From a virus: a stretch of DNA of 64,000 nucleotides. Every line of letters starts with the position of its first letter. Positions within the stretch are counted from its first letter, which is position 1. Made by a program: the position numbers and the translations under genes. Location: positions 3,008 through 67,007 of the IMG/VR virus record IMGVR_UViG_3300006925_000014; one strand, 5' to 3'. Positions 30,916 to 41,080 of this stretch are shown here, piece by piece. The notes under the pieces were generated by a model that was not told the origin of the DNA, made no database searches, and saw only the letters and a list, made by a program, of their open reading frames with translations.

Positions 30916-31983
30916 ATGTCAATTAGTTTACTTGGTTTTCCACCTAGTTTAGTCAATACTATTAGTAATAGAAGGTTATTTCATTTTTTCTTATGTGGTG
31001 CTGGTGGTGGTGGTGCTGGTAATGCTAGTGGCAACAGTGGTGGCGGTAACGGTAGATTTATTGCATTTACTGGCTATTTGGAAAAAGAAGATACAATTTA
31101 TGCCTATAGGGGTTCAGGTGGACAATCTACCGGGGGGACTTCTAATGCTGTTGGCGCAGGTGGTGGTGCTGCCTCTATGATTTGGGTTGATCCTAGAAAA
31201 ACTAGATTAGGTCCAGACCCAAATGGATTTGGTGCAACCTCTAATGTTCTTCTTGCTGTTGCCGCTGGCGGTGGTGGTGCTGGCAATTCTAATCCCGGAT
31301 ATGGTAGTAATGGTGGTCCTGTAAACACAACCACAGGTGCACCTTTACAAAATGCTTCTGGTTCTGGTGATAACCCCGGTGGTGGGGGTGGTCCAACTGG
31401 TCCCGGTCTTGGTGGCACTCTTAATATTGGTGGTTATGATTTTAATGGTAGTGCTGGTAATTCCAAATCACTGTTAGACACATCCAGTAATGGTGCTGGT
31501 AATGGTGGAGATGGACTTGTTAATGGTAGTGCTGGTAACTACGCTGTGTCTACTGGTCTTAACAAAGAAACTGTTACAGGCAGTGGGTCTTTAGGAGTAG
31601 GGGGTAGAGGATATACTCAAGGTGGCTCTGGTGGAGGTGGTGGCTTCTATGCAGGAGGTGGTTCTACTTTTGATGGTGTAGGTGCAAAATCTTGTGGTGC
31701 AGGGGGTGGATCATCTTTTGTGAATAGAACTTACTGCGGTGCCTTTAATTTTTATAGTCAGTCGGGGTCTTCCGTGGATGCGACTAACGTTCTTGGATTT
31801 AATTTGGTTACATTAGCTTCTATGCCAACTACTGTTGGTAATGGTGGTGTATCAGGAGGGACTTCTGTGGCTGGTTCTAATGGTACAAGAGGGGAACTTG
31901 TTGTGATTGATGAGAATGGTGATGTTGTATTAAATACTTGTGGTGCAAGTGATACCTCCACATTTTTCTACACGGTGGTATAG
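30916..31983 (+). CDS. Glycine-rich virion/adhesin protein
   Basis: GAGGGG, AAGGGGAG, GGGGGFYAGGG and GAGGGSSF motifs of glycine-rich domains. Confidence 0.65.
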   Translation: MSISLLGFPPSLVNTISNRRLFHFFLCGAGGGGAGNASGNSGGGNGRFIAFTGYLEKEDTIYAYRGSGGQSTGGTSNAVGAGGGAASMIWVDPRKTRLGPDPNGFGATSNVLLAVAAGGGGAGNSNPGYGSNGGPVNTTTGAPLQNASGSGDNPGGGGGPTGPGLGGTLNIGGYDFNGSAGNSKSLLDTSSNGAGNGGDGLVNGSAGNYAVSTGLNKETVTGSGSLGVGGRGYTQGGSGGGGGFYAGGGSTFDGVGAKSCGAGGGSSFVNRTYCGAFNFYSQSGSSVDATNVLGFNLVTLASMPTTVGNGGVSGGTSVAGSNGTRGELVVIDENGDVVLNTCGASDTSTFFYTVV

Positions 31984-31993
31984 GGGATTAATA

Positions 31994-32239
31994 ATGGCTA
32001 GAAAAAGCAGTAAAGCAAGATTAATTTCAGGTGCACCATTAAAAAGTGCTGATGATTTGCGTGAAGGTCAAAACAATAAATACTATGCAAGGTTTAGATC
32101 CGAAAGTGATGTTTCATTGTATATTGACAGTGCATATCTAAATCAATTTAATAATTTAGATGGAGACTTCCTTGATGATCAAACTCCTGCTCAAATTAGA
32201 ATAGAAATATATGACTCTTTAGGCAATAGTAAGAGGTAA
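31994..32239 (+). CDS. Mini fibre-motif protein
   Basis: GGGGA RBS before the ATG at 31994; contains SADDLREGQNNKYY. Confidence 0.6.
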   Translation: MARKSSKARLISGAPLKSADDLREGQNNKYYARFRSESDVSLYIDSAYLNQFNNLDGDFLDDQTPAQIRIEIYDSLGNSKR

Positions 32240-32242
32240 GAC

Positions 32243-32488
32243 ATGGCTAGAAAATCTGCTATACCAATTCAGCCAGTTCAACACAAGGTAAACACTACTG
32301 ATGATTTACCAGAGGGCTTGAATAATAAGTATTACACTAAAGCTTTAATGCGGTCTAAAATTGATACTTTTGTAGATAGTGATTTCTTAGAGAACCTTTC
32401 TAATTTTAGAGGGGGACTATTAGGTGGTCAGCCCCGTGCATACTATCAGAGAATCATAGAAGATAAAGATGGGAATAAGTTAAATTAA
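32243..32488 (+). CDS. Mini fibre-motif protein, paralogue of the previous gene
   Basis: GAGG RBS; MARKS start; TTDDLPEGLNNKYYT motif. Confidence 0.6.
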   Translation: MARKSAIPIQPVQHKVNTTDDLPEGLNNKYYTKALMRSKIDTFVDSDFLENLSNFRGGLLGGQPRAYYQRIIEDKDGNKLN

Positions 32489-32967
32489 TGGTTGCTAAAG
32501 CTCAAAAAATTGTTAACCTTGGGTTAGACAGTGATGATAGCATTTCTGGTGGTTCAGGTGTAACTAATTTAAGTACAGTGTTTAATACTGACAGATTGGT
32601 TAATGGTAACACTTTACGTTATGAAGCAGGGATTAATACTGAATTTGGTCGTGGTAGTGATTATCTAGACGAATTATCTGGATTTAGTTCCGAAACCCCT
32701 TTAGGTATTGCACAGTTTCCAAATAGATTTTTTCCTGACTCTGGTACAGGGGTTGGTACTATTGACTCTGATATTAGGGCAGTGGTTGCTCCTAGCTATA
32801 ATAGGGTAACAAAAACTGGTGGGGATGCTGATGACTTTATAAATAATATAGCATACAAAAAAATAGCAACATTGAACCAGCAACCACCTACTTATTATAC
32901 TTTAAATGTTTATAAATCTTTGGATTCTGGTAGTTCTCTCATTGACCCATTGAATCCAAATGCGTAA
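32488..32967 (+). CDS. Hypothetical virion protein
   Basis: Translationally coupled 159-aa ORF with 5 DS motifs. Confidence 0.6.
   Translation: MVAKAQKIVNLGLDSDDSISGGSGVTNLSTVFNTDRLVNGNTLRYEAGINTEFGRGSDYLDELSGFSSETPLGIAQFPNRFFPDSGTGVGTIDSDIRAVVAPSYNRVTKTGGDADDFINNIAYKKIATLNQQPPTYYTLNVYKSLDSGSSLIDPLNPNA
32838..32845 (+). promoter_or_regulatory. Possible late promoter for the neck genes
   Basis: TATAAATA about 130 nt upstream of gp13. Confidence 0.5.
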
Positions 32968-32976
32968 GGAAATTTC

Positions 32977-33744
32977 ATGGCTAGTCCATCTTCTAGAGTA
33001 GAATTAATTAATCACTGTCTAAGAAGACTCGGTGCGCCTGTTATTGAAATCAATGTAGACGAACAACAGTTAGAAGACAGACTAGATGATGCATTACAAT
33101 TTTTTAGAGAATATAATTCCGATGCTACTGTAAGAACATACCTGAAGCACCAGCTTACTCAGGATGATTTTGACAATGGATATGTTACGGTTAGTGACAA
33201 TATCTATTTCATTAAAAGAGTATTTCCATTTAACGGTATTACGGGTGGTGGTTCTTCTACAGCAAACTTCTTTGACATTAAATACCAGATTGCATTAAAT
33301 GATGTATATGAATTAAATACATTTGTAGGTGACTTGGCATATCTGGAACAGATTAACCAGTATCTGGCATTACTGGATATGAAGCTTACTGGTCATCCAC
33401 AGATGACATTTAACAGACTTCAGAACAGAGTATACATTCACGGTGCCTTAGACAGTAATTCACAACTGAATGTGGGCGACTTTATTGTATTAGAAACATT
33501 TAATGTAGTTGACGGTGAAACTCACACAGATGTTTATAATGATATTTTCTTGAAGCAATATCTGACACAATTGATTAAGCAACAGTGGGGAGCAAACCTT
33601 AGTAAGTTTGAAGGTATGCAGCTTCCCGGTGGAGTGACTTTAAATGGTCGTATTATCTATGAAGAAGCCACTCAAGAAATCCTTAGACTTGAAGAACAAG
33701 TAAGGCTGAATTACGAGTTGCCAGTTGACTTCTTTGTGGGGTAA
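32977..33744 (+). CDS. gp13: Neck protein gp13
   Basis: CLRRLGAPVIEINVD..Q.EDR.DDALQ and QWG.NLSKF.G.QLPGGVTLNG motifs. Confidence 0.93.
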   Translation: MASPSSRVELINHCLRRLGAPVIEINVDEQQLEDRLDDALQFFREYNSDATVRTYLKHQLTQDDFDNGYVTVSDNIYFIKRVFPFNGITGGGSSTANFFDIKYQIALNDVYELNTFVGDLAYLEQINQYLALLDMKLTGHPQMTFNRLQNRVYIHGALDSNSQLNVGDFIVLETFNVVDGETHTDVYNDIFLKQYLTQLIKQQWGANLSKFEGMQLPGGVTLNGRIIYEEATQEILRLEEQVRLNYELPVDFFVG

Positions 33745-33747
33745 ACT

Positions 33748-34611
33748 ATGGCAAGAAATATTTACATCTCACAAACAGTAAAGTCTGAACAGGATTTATA
33801 CGAGAACATCATTATAGAGTCCATGAAAATTTATGGACAAGAGGTTCAGTATATCCCTAGAGAGTTGGTAGCAGAAGACAGAATCTTTGGTGAAGATGTT
33901 GTGTCTGCATTTGATAGAGCATATCAGATTGAAATGTATCTGGAAAATATTGACAACTTTGAAGGTGACCAAGAACTCTTTACAAAGTTTGGTGTTGAGA
34001 TTAGAGACAGGGCAACACTGCATGTTTCTAGGCGCAGATGGCACCAAGCAGTAGGTACATATCTTCCTGAACACTTACGTCCTAGAGAGGGTGATTTAAT
34101 TTACCTGACTCTTTCTGACCAAGTATTTGAAATCATGAGAGTGATTGACGATCAGCCATTCTATCAACTTTCCAATCTTCCGACATACAGAATGGAAGTT
34201 GAACTGTTTGAATACAATGATGAGAACTTTGACACATCTATTGAAGTTATTGATGAACTAGAAAAGCTTGGTAATACAGTTATTCTCAATCTTGAAAACT
34301 CTGATTCTGATGACTTCCAGATTGGTGAAATTATTCAGCAAGTTACAGGTTCTACAACAATTACAGCAGAGATTGTAGACTGGCATGCTGATAGTGATAA
34401 AATGTATGTGGCACATATTGCTACACCAGATGGCAAGTTTAGAGAGTTTACTACAGGTTCTATTACAAGTCAAACAACAAATATTACCAAGACCATTACC
34501 TTTATTGGTGAACAGTTACAGCAAGTAGATGCACAAAATACAGACTTTGAAACATTTGGTGATGATATCCTTGACTTTAGTGAAGGTAACCCATTTGGAG
34601 AACCGACATAA
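33748..34611 (+). CDS. gp14: Neck protein gp14
   Basis: EQDLYE.IIIES.KIYG, FTKFGVEIRD, RPREGDLIY, PFYQL and DFSE.NPFG motifs. Confidence 0.93.
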   Translation: MARNIYISQTVKSEQDLYENIIIESMKIYGQEVQYIPRELVAEDRIFGEDVVSAFDRAYQIEMYLENIDNFEGDQELFTKFGVEIRDRATLHVSRRRWHQAVGTYLPEHLRPREGDLIYLTLSDQVFEIMRVIDDQPFYQLSNLPTYRMEVELFEYNDENFDTSIEVIDELEKLGNTVILNLENSDSDDFQIGEIIQQVTGSTTITAEIVDWHADSDKMYVAHIATPDGKFREFTTGSITSQTTNITKTITFIGEQLQQVDAQNTDFETFGDDILDFSEGNPFGEPT

Positions 34612-35504
34612 TGTTTGTACATTTTTACCACGAAAAGATTAGAAAAGTCGTAGCAACATTTGGAACAATGTTTAATAATTTACATGTTGTTCGCAAAGAT
34701 GCTTCAGGAGCTTCTATTAGTCAGATGAAAGTTCCTTTGAGTTATTCTCCAAGACAAAAGTTTTTAGATAGAATTCGTGAAACGGCTAACATGGAAGATG
34801 CTAAGTTGGCAGTTAAGTTGCCAAGAATGGCATTTGAAATGACAGCACTTTACTATGATCCTACCAGACAATTAGCCAAGACGAATAACTTCACAAAGAA
34901 TGTTGAAGGCAACGCAAATGTTAGAACTAAGTTTTTTACTTCTGTTCCATACATTCTAAACTTTCAGTTAAACATTCTGGCAAAAACAAATGAAGATGCA
35001 GTACAAATTTTAGAACAAATTTTACCGTTCTTTAATCCATCCTATACTGTCACTATGAAACAGTTCAGTGATTACCCCGATGTTACAGAGGATATTCCTA
35101 TTACATTGATTGGTACATCTTTCTCTGATGACTATGAAGGGTCTTTAGAGAATCGCAGAACTATTATATATACATTAGACTTTGAAATAAAGACAAGTTT
35201 TTATGGGCCTATTGCAGATGCTAAAATTATTAAGAAGGCTATCGTGGACTTTAAGAACCCAGACTTACCATCTGATGATGCAAACAGTTTGATTGAAAGA
35301 ATTACAGTTGAACCTACTGATCCAGATGCTAGACCAGACACAATTGACTTTACGACTAACTTTATTATTCCTTCTGAGGGTCTGGACTCTGACCAGACTA
35401 CTGTACAACCCTCTGTGGTTCCTGATGGTGATCCAATTGACTTTGGTACGTTTGGCAATCCTAATTTAAGTATCGACCTTGGTACATTTAGTTTAGACGA
35501 TTAG
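34611..35504 (+). CDS. gp15: Tail sheath stabiliser/completion protein gp15
   Basis: FYHE.IRK.V..FGTMFN, KVPL.Y.P.QKFL, LPRMAFE and QILEQILPFF.P motifs. Confidence 0.93.
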   Translation: MFVHFYHEKIRKVVATFGTMFNNLHVVRKDASGASISQMKVPLSYSPRQKFLDRIRETANMEDAKLAVKLPRMAFEMTALYYDPTRQLAKTNNFTKNVEGNANVRTKFFTSVPYILNFQLNILAKTNEDAVQILEQILPFFNPSYTVTMKQFSDYPDVTEDIPITLIGTSFSDDYEGSLENRRTIIYTLDFEIKTSFYGPIADAKIIKKAIVDFKNPDLPSDDANSLIERITVEPTDPDARPDTIDFTTNFIIPSEGLDSDQTTVQPSVVPDGDPIDFGTFGNPNLSIDLGTFSLDD

Positions 35505-35512
35505 AGGGTTAA

Positions 35513-38500
35513 ATGGCATTACAACTAAGACGTGGATTAGACACAGATAGAATTAGAATTAAGTTTGCTCCCGGTGAACTTGTCTATGCTACTGACACTA
35601 AAAAATTATATGTTGGTGATGGGACCACACTTGGTGGTAATGAAGTTTCTTTGAATGATAGTGATATTACTAATGTTCTTGCTGCATCACAAGCTCCTGT
35701 TATTCAGGCTATTGTAACTAAAGAATATGTAGATAACTTAAACATTAATGCAGTAGAATTAGATGGTTATGATAGAGCCTATTATAGAAACTATGGCAAT
35801 CTGACAAATACTCCAACAATTTTGGATAGTGCAAATGTACAGTCTTTGGCACTATCTACAGTTGACACTGACTATACTCAAAGCATCATTGGTAATACAA
35901 GCATCGATGCGTTATCTGATGTAGATTTAACAGATATTGCTGTTGATAGAATCTTGAAATGGAATGGTAGTAAATTCGTTGCTGCTAGTGCTGCCTCTGG
36001 TGGTACTGGCATTCAACTTACTGATCTTTCTGTTATTGATTCATCTCAATATGGGGTCTTGACCTATAATACTTTGACAGGTGAATTTAATTTCCAGAGC
36101 ATCACAGACAGTGATATTCTTTCCTTGGTGGACAGTGCCTATGTACAGGCTAGACAAAGCACTTTTGATTCTAATGATGTTGCATCTATTGTAGACTCTG
36201 CTTATATTCAGGCTAGACAAATCAGACTTGACTCTGCTGAAGTAATAGACCTTATTGATTCTGCATATGTTCAGGCTAGACAGACTCTTAGTGGTGGTGG
36301 AATTGACTCTGCTGAAGTTGTCACTTTGATTGATAGTGACTATATTCAAGCTAGGGTAACACTTGATGGTGTAGGTATTGATTCTGCTACAGCAGCAAGT
36401 ATTGCAGATTTTAGAATTGCTGTTCTTGGGTTTGATTCACAAGAAGCATTAGAGATTGCTCAAGGTGCAATTGCTGCTACAGACACTCATGATAGTGCGT
36501 TGGTTCTGAGCCAAATTCTTGAGACAATTACCCCAACATATATTCAGTCCAGACAAACAACATATGATTTTGAGACTGACTATGCACCTTTAATTGATTC
36601 AGATTTTATTCAGTCTAGAAGACCAGCAGAAACTATTATCACAGTAGGTAACAATGGCTCTGTAGGATATACCTTTACAGGTGACGGGTTCCCTTCCACT
36701 TCTGGTGATAACCCTACTATCTACTTGCAGAGAGGTTTACAGTACAAATTTGAAGTATCTGCCAGTGGCCATCCTTTCTATATTAAGACTATCCAGTCTA
36801 CAGGGACCGGAAGCCAGTACACAAGCGGCGTAACAAACAATGGTACACAAAGCGGTACTATTTACTTTACAGTCCCTATGGATGCTCCTGAGAGACTGTA
36901 TTATAACTGTCAATACCACTCTTCAATGAATGGCACTTTTGTAATTAATACTACGAGTGGTGTTGACTCTGCTGCTGTTAGTGGTATTGTAGATAATTTG
37001 ACTTCATTAAATGTTCAGTCTATCATTGCGGATTCGGTTAGATTTACTGATACTGGCAAGGTTGTTTTTGGTACGGATGATGATTTACAGATTTATCATG
37101 ACGGTAGCAATAGCTATATTATTCATGATGGTGGTGGTGTATTACTCAATCAGACTGATGGTTTCTATGTAAGAGATGCAGCAGGAGTCAAGACAGGTTT
37201 TGTGTCTACTCCTAGTGGTGCTACTACTCTTTACTATGATAATAATGCAAAGGTGGCTACAGCAAGCACAGGAATTACTGTGACAGGCACAATGAGTGCT
37301 GACTCTGCTATTATTGGCGGCAATCGTGTACTGACAACAGCAGATGACACCCATGACTCTGCTGCTGTTGAAGGCCAAATTAATGCAACAGTTAATCAGT
37401 CTTTTATTAATCAGTTTGATACTCATGATTCTGCTGCTGTATTAGGTCAGATCAACGCAACAGTTACACAGTCGTTTATTAATCAGTTTGATACTCATGA
37501 TTCTGCTGCTGTGCTTGCACAAATTAATGCAAGAGTTACACAGTCGTTTATTAATACCTTTGACACTCATGATAGTTCTGCGGTTCAAGGTCAAATTGAT
37601 GCAACCATTGCTGCTACAGATACTCATGATTCGGCAGCAGTCCTTGGACAAATCACTGCCACAGTTGATGCAGCTTATGTACAGGCACGTCAAATAACAT
37701 ATGATTTCTTAGACAGTACAGAAGCTCTAAACTTAATTGATCAAACCTATGTACGAAATCAGATTGATCAAGCGTTTATTGATACGTTTGACACTCATGA
37801 TAGTGTTGCTATTCAGAACCAGATTACAACCACAGTCACAGAATCTTATGTAAAGAACTTTGCTGACTCTGCTCATGTTCGCTCTGCTTTGTCTAGTGGT
37901 ACTGGTGTTACATTTAATGGTAGCACTGGTGAAATTTCTATTGGACAAGATGTAGGAACATCTGATAATGTTAGTTTTGCTAATGTAAATATTTCAGGTG
38001 ATCTTAATGTTACTGGTACACAAACAACCGTAACTTCTGAAACTCTTGCTGTAACTGATCCACTTATTCGTTTGGCAGAAAGTAATGAGCAGACTGATGT
38101 TATTGATATTGGATTTATTGGTCATTACTATGGAGAAGGTTCCAGAAGACATACAGGTTTCTTTAGGGATGCAAGCAATAAAGAATATTATATTTTTAAT
38201 GGATTAATTGACTCGGCATTTGATTCTAGTCCACCAACAAACATTGTTGACAGAACAAAACCCGGATTTACTCTTGCTACTTTGAATACTGGTAGGATTG
38301 TAGGTGTATATGCAGGATTTGATTCTGATTTAGGAACAAAGACTACATCAGATTTAGATGAAGGCACTAATCTTTATTATACTAAAGTAAGGGTTGACTC
38401 TGACATTGCTCTTAAAGTGGATACTACCTTTGTTGACAACTTAGCAGTCAACTATTCTTCTCTGACTGGCACACCTGTATTTGGTTCTGGATTAACAGAC

Positions 38501-39859
38501 CAAAGTGGAACTATTATTATCGGCCCTGATCAAGTCAAGGCAACAATGATTGACTTTGGTGCAGGTGCTAATCAGGTCAGTACAGATGATGTTTTAGAAG
38601 GTTCTAGTAATCTTTATTACACTGATGCCAAAGTAGCAACCTATGTAGATGCTGCATATGTTCAGGGTAAGATTGACCAATCATTTATTGATACATTTGA
38701 TACCCATGACTCGGTTGCTGTTTTAGGTCAAATTAATGCAACTGTAAATCAGTCTTTCATTAATCAGTTTGATACTCATGACTCTACAGCAATTGCTAAT
38801 CAGGCAAGAGATGTAATTAACACAAATGTTACACAATCTTTCATAAACGCTCTTAATATTGATGCAGATACATTAGATGGTCAAGATGGCACATATTACT
38901 TAAACTACAATAACCTTACTAATGCACCTACTGTACTCGACTCTTTAAATGTAACGTCAATTATTAATGAAACAGACACTCATGATAGTGCTGCTGTTCA
39001 AGGTCAGATTGATGCTAACTTTGCTTCTGGATTTACAGTTGGTGGTGACCTTTCTGGAGGCATTCAATCTAAATTTGGCGGTTTTTACGCTCCTCAAAAT
39101 CCAGAAGGCACACATTTTAAAGGTCATGCATTTTTTAATGATATTGCCTATGCTAGACTAAGAGGTTCAACAATATCTGTTGATGTTGATGGTACTGCTA
39201 TGACAAGCACCACTAACATAGATAATATGTTGTCGCCTAATAATAATGTTTGGAATATGTCAACGTCTGGTGTGACAACTGTTACCATTACAATAACCAG
39301 TATTCCTTCACCCATCCAGTTCGGTTCTTATATGGGTGTAAATTTTATTAGTAAAAATTTTCGGGCAAAGGATATCACACTTGAATATTCCCAAGACAGC
39401 GGATTCAGTTGGTCAACTGCTGGAACCTTTACAGATCAAGGTGACGAGTTTGTGGTCTCTAGTTTCAACTCCGGTAATATAAATACAAATGCTCTCAGAT
39501 GGACTTTAGAAGATTTTAATGCTCCCCAAATGAGGATTAATGGGTTGTTTGCCTACGACTTCAATTCACCCGGAATGTCTGGATTGTATCTTCCGTTAGG
39601 TGGAGGAAATGTTTATGGAGATATCGGTGTAACTGGTGAAGTTTCTGCCACATCGTTCAGTGGTGATGGTTCTAGCCTTACTGGTATAGCAGGTGCTAAA
39701 GGTGGTAGTACAGACCAAGTATTCTATGAAAATGATCAAACCGTGACTGCAAACTATACCATCACCACTAACAAAAATGCAATGACTGCTGGACCTATTA
39801 CGATAGATGCCGGAGTCACCGTAACAATTCCAACTGGATCAGAGTGGAGTATTGTGTAA
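35513..39859 (+). CDS. Long fibre protein with internal repeats (possibly neck-attached)
   Basis: MALQLRRG..GELVY.TDTKKLYVGDG.T.GG N-terminus; GHPFYI..LYY.CQYHS.M.G cupredoxin-like module; C-terminal NAMTAGPITI..G.TVTIP.GSEWSIV. Confidence 0.75.
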   Translation: MALQLRRGLDTDRIRIKFAPGELVYATDTKKLYVGDGTTLGGNEVSLNDSDITNVLAASQAPVIQAIVTKEYVDNLNINAVELDGYDRAYYRNYGNLTNTPTILDSANVQSLALSTVDTDYTQSIIGNTSIDALSDVDLTDIAVDRILKWNGSKFVAASAASGGTGIQLTDLSVIDSSQYGVLTYNTLTGEFNFQSITDSDILSLVDSAYVQARQSTFDSNDVASIVDSAYIQARQIRLDSAEVIDLIDSAYVQARQTLSGGGIDSAEVVTLIDSDYIQARVTLDGVGIDSATAASIADFRIAVLGFDSQEALEIAQGAIAATDTHDSALVLSQILETITPTYIQSRQTTYDFETDYAPLIDSDFIQSRRPAETIITVGNNGSVGYTFTGDGFPSTSGDNPTIYLQRGLQYKFEVSASGHPFYIKTIQSTGTGSQYTSGVTNNGTQSGTIYFTVPMDAPERLYYNCQYHSSMNGTFVINTTSGVDSAAVSGIVDNLTSLNVQSIIADSVRFTDTGKVVFGTDDDLQIYHDGSNSYIIHDGGGVLLNQTDGFYVRDAAGVKTGFVSTPSGATTLYYDNNAKVATASTGITVTGTMSADSAIIGGNRVLTTADDTHDSAAVEGQINATVNQSFINQFDTHDSAAVLGQINATVTQSFINQFDTHDSAAVLAQINARVTQSFINTFDTHDSSAVQGQIDATIAATDTHDSAAVLGQITATVDAAYVQARQITYDFLDSTEALNLIDQTYVRNQIDQAFIDTFDTHDSVAIQNQITTTVTESYVKNFADSAHVRSALSSGTGVTFNGSTGEISIGQDVGTSDNVSFANVNISGDLNVTGTQTTVTSETLAVTDPLIRLAESNEQTDVIDIGFIGHYYGEGSRRHTGFFRDASNKEYYIFNGLIDSAFDSSPPTNIVDRTKPGFTLATLNTGRIVGVYAGFDSDLGTKTTSDLDEGTNLYYTKVRVDSDIALKVDTTFVDNLAVNYSSLTGTPVFGSGLTDQSGTIIIGPDQVKATMIDFGAGANQVSTDDVLEGSSNLYYTDAKVATYVDAAYVQGKIDQSFIDTFDTHDSVAVLGQINATVNQSFINQFDTHDSTAIANQARDVINTNVTQSFINALNIDADTLDGQDGTYYLNYNNLTNAPTVLDSLNVTSIINETDTHDSAAVQGQIDANFASGFTVGGDLSGGIQSKFGGFYAPQNPEGTHFKGHAFFNDIAYARLRGSTISVDVDGTAMTSTTNIDNMLSPNNNVWNMSTSGVTTVTITITSIPSPIQFGSYMGVNFISKNFRAKDITLEYSQDSGFSWSTAGTFTDQGDEFVVSSFNSGNINTNALRWTLEDFNAPQMRINGLFAYDFNSPGMSGLYLPLGGGNVYGDIGVTGEVSATSFSGDGSSLTGIAGAKGGSTDQVFYENDQTVTANYTITTNKNAMTAGPITIDAGVTVTIPTGSEWSIV
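36131..36355 (+). repeat. Coding repeats DS(A/D)Y(V/I)QAR, mostly 63-bp period
   Basis: Copies at 36131, 36194, 36257 and 36332. Confidence 0.85.
37346..37690 (+). repeat. Coding tandem repeat DTHDSAAVxxQINATVxQSFINQF, 72-bp period
   Basis: Units at 37346, 37418, 37490 and 37562, a shorter unit near 37619, and dispersed copies near 37790, 38700-38790 and 38975. Confidence 0.9.
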
Positions 39860-40335
39860 TGAGCAAACTAAGATTATCAGGTGCTACATCCGGTTACGAA
39901 GAAATTAAAACAGCAGATGTTGGTGATAACAACACCTACCAAATAGGTAGCACAGTAACAGCAGTCGATGTAACAGCTAGCGGTACGATCCAAGACTCGC
40001 AGGGTAATGTTCGTGCGCTGGAGGTTACAACTGATGCAACTTCATCTGTAACTATTGTTTCAGGTTCAACAGGTAAATATTTTAGACTTACGGGTTCAAC
40101 AGTTACTATTAATATCAATGCAGGTAACTTTGCTGCGGGTGATATTATTACACTACATAATGCAACATCGTCTGATATGACTATTGACTTTGATGCTAAT
40201 TTTACTGATACAGTCTATATTGCTGGCGATGGAACAGATAAGAACAACAGCACTATCACTCTTGCTGGTTATGGTCTTGCTACATGTATTGCATTTACTT
40301 CTGCTGGTATGATTGTTAACGGGAATGTAAGCTAA
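39859..40335 (+). CDS. Fibre-associated small structural protein
   Basis: ATG overlaps the previous stop; MSKLRLSGATSGY N-terminus and G.AT..F...G..VNGNVS C-terminus common in fibre cassettes. Confidence 0.65.
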   Translation: MSKLRLSGATSGYEEIKTADVGDNNTYQIGSTVTAVDVTASGTIQDSQGNVRALEVTTDATSSVTIVSGSTGKYFRLTGSTVTININAGNFAAGDIITLHNATSSDMTIDFDANFTDTVYIAGDGTDKNNSTITLAGYGLATCIAFTSAGMIVNGNVS

Positions 40336-41054
40336 TGAGCATTACTCAGTTGATGGCATTGAGCGGTGAGTTGGCTGGTGGTGAGGTAAGCGACGAGCAT
40401 TACGCTAGTGTTTCTCTCCTAATGGATGGCACGTCACTGACGACTGATCTAGGACCGGGGAACCATACTCTAACGACAAACGGCACACCAACACTGAGTA
40501 CCGCCATAGCTGATCCTTTCGGTGGATCATCAAACATACTCCTGTTTAACAGTGATGTCGATGACATTCTGACTCCTGTTAACGCAGATTTTGCTATGGG
40601 TACAGGAGCATTTACAATCGAGATGTTCATCTACCCCACGAATATTAGAAACTGGAACATGTACTTTACGACCAGAGACAATTTTGAAAACAACGCACAG
40701 ACATGGGGCTTTCAGAATGATGGAAGTGGAAAGCTCTACGTGTGGGGTGGTGGTACATTCTTTGTTCAGAGCGGTAACAGCCAAGTGACTACAAATTCGT
40801 GGCAATATATTGCAGCGTGTAGGGATGCTTCGGGTGCTTGGACTTTGTATCATGACGGAACGAGAGTCGCAACTGGCGCTGTTAATCAGAGGAACTTCAC
40901 GGAGAATAATGCCGGTGTGGGAACCTCGGCTAACGGTGGGGGAAGTGGTGAGCAATTTCAGGGCTATATGTCTCACGTGAGATTAACTAAAGGCGTAGCC
41001 AGATACACCGGAACAACAATGACGGTTCCAACTGAGCCGCATCCAACACAGTAA
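40335..41054 (+). CDS. Concanavalin A-like lectin/LamG domain protein
   Basis: VSLLMDG, FAMGTGAFTIEMFIYP, WQYIA.CR and GYMSHVRLTKGVARY motifs. Confidence 0.8.
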   Translation: MSITQLMALSGELAGGEVSDEHYASVSLLMDGTSLTTDLGPGNHTLTTNGTPTLSTAIADPFGGSSNILLFNSDVDDILTPVNADFAMGTGAFTIEMFIYPTNIRNWNMYFTTRDNFENNAQTWGFQNDGSGKLYVWGGGTFFVQSGNSQVTTNSWQYIAACRDASGAWTLYHDGTRVATGAVNQRNFTENNAGVGTSANGGGSGEQFQGYMSHVRLTKGVARYTGTTMTVPTEPHPTQ

Positions 41055-41080
41055 CATACGCTGTTATGAGGACATAATAT

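Noticed and set aside
37346-37690. Possible CRISPR-like array (also considered at 57361-57615 and 28009-28124)
   Set aside because: Periods are multiples of three inside ORFs and there are no unique spacers; these are coding repeats.
9910-39859. DS enrichment as a DNA-level GANTC (CcrM methylation) signal, since GAY-TCN gives GAYTC
   Set aside because: Many DS pairs use GAY-AGY (3 of 10 in the gp9-like gene), and the signal is in frame and follows protein exposure, so it is a protein-level motif.
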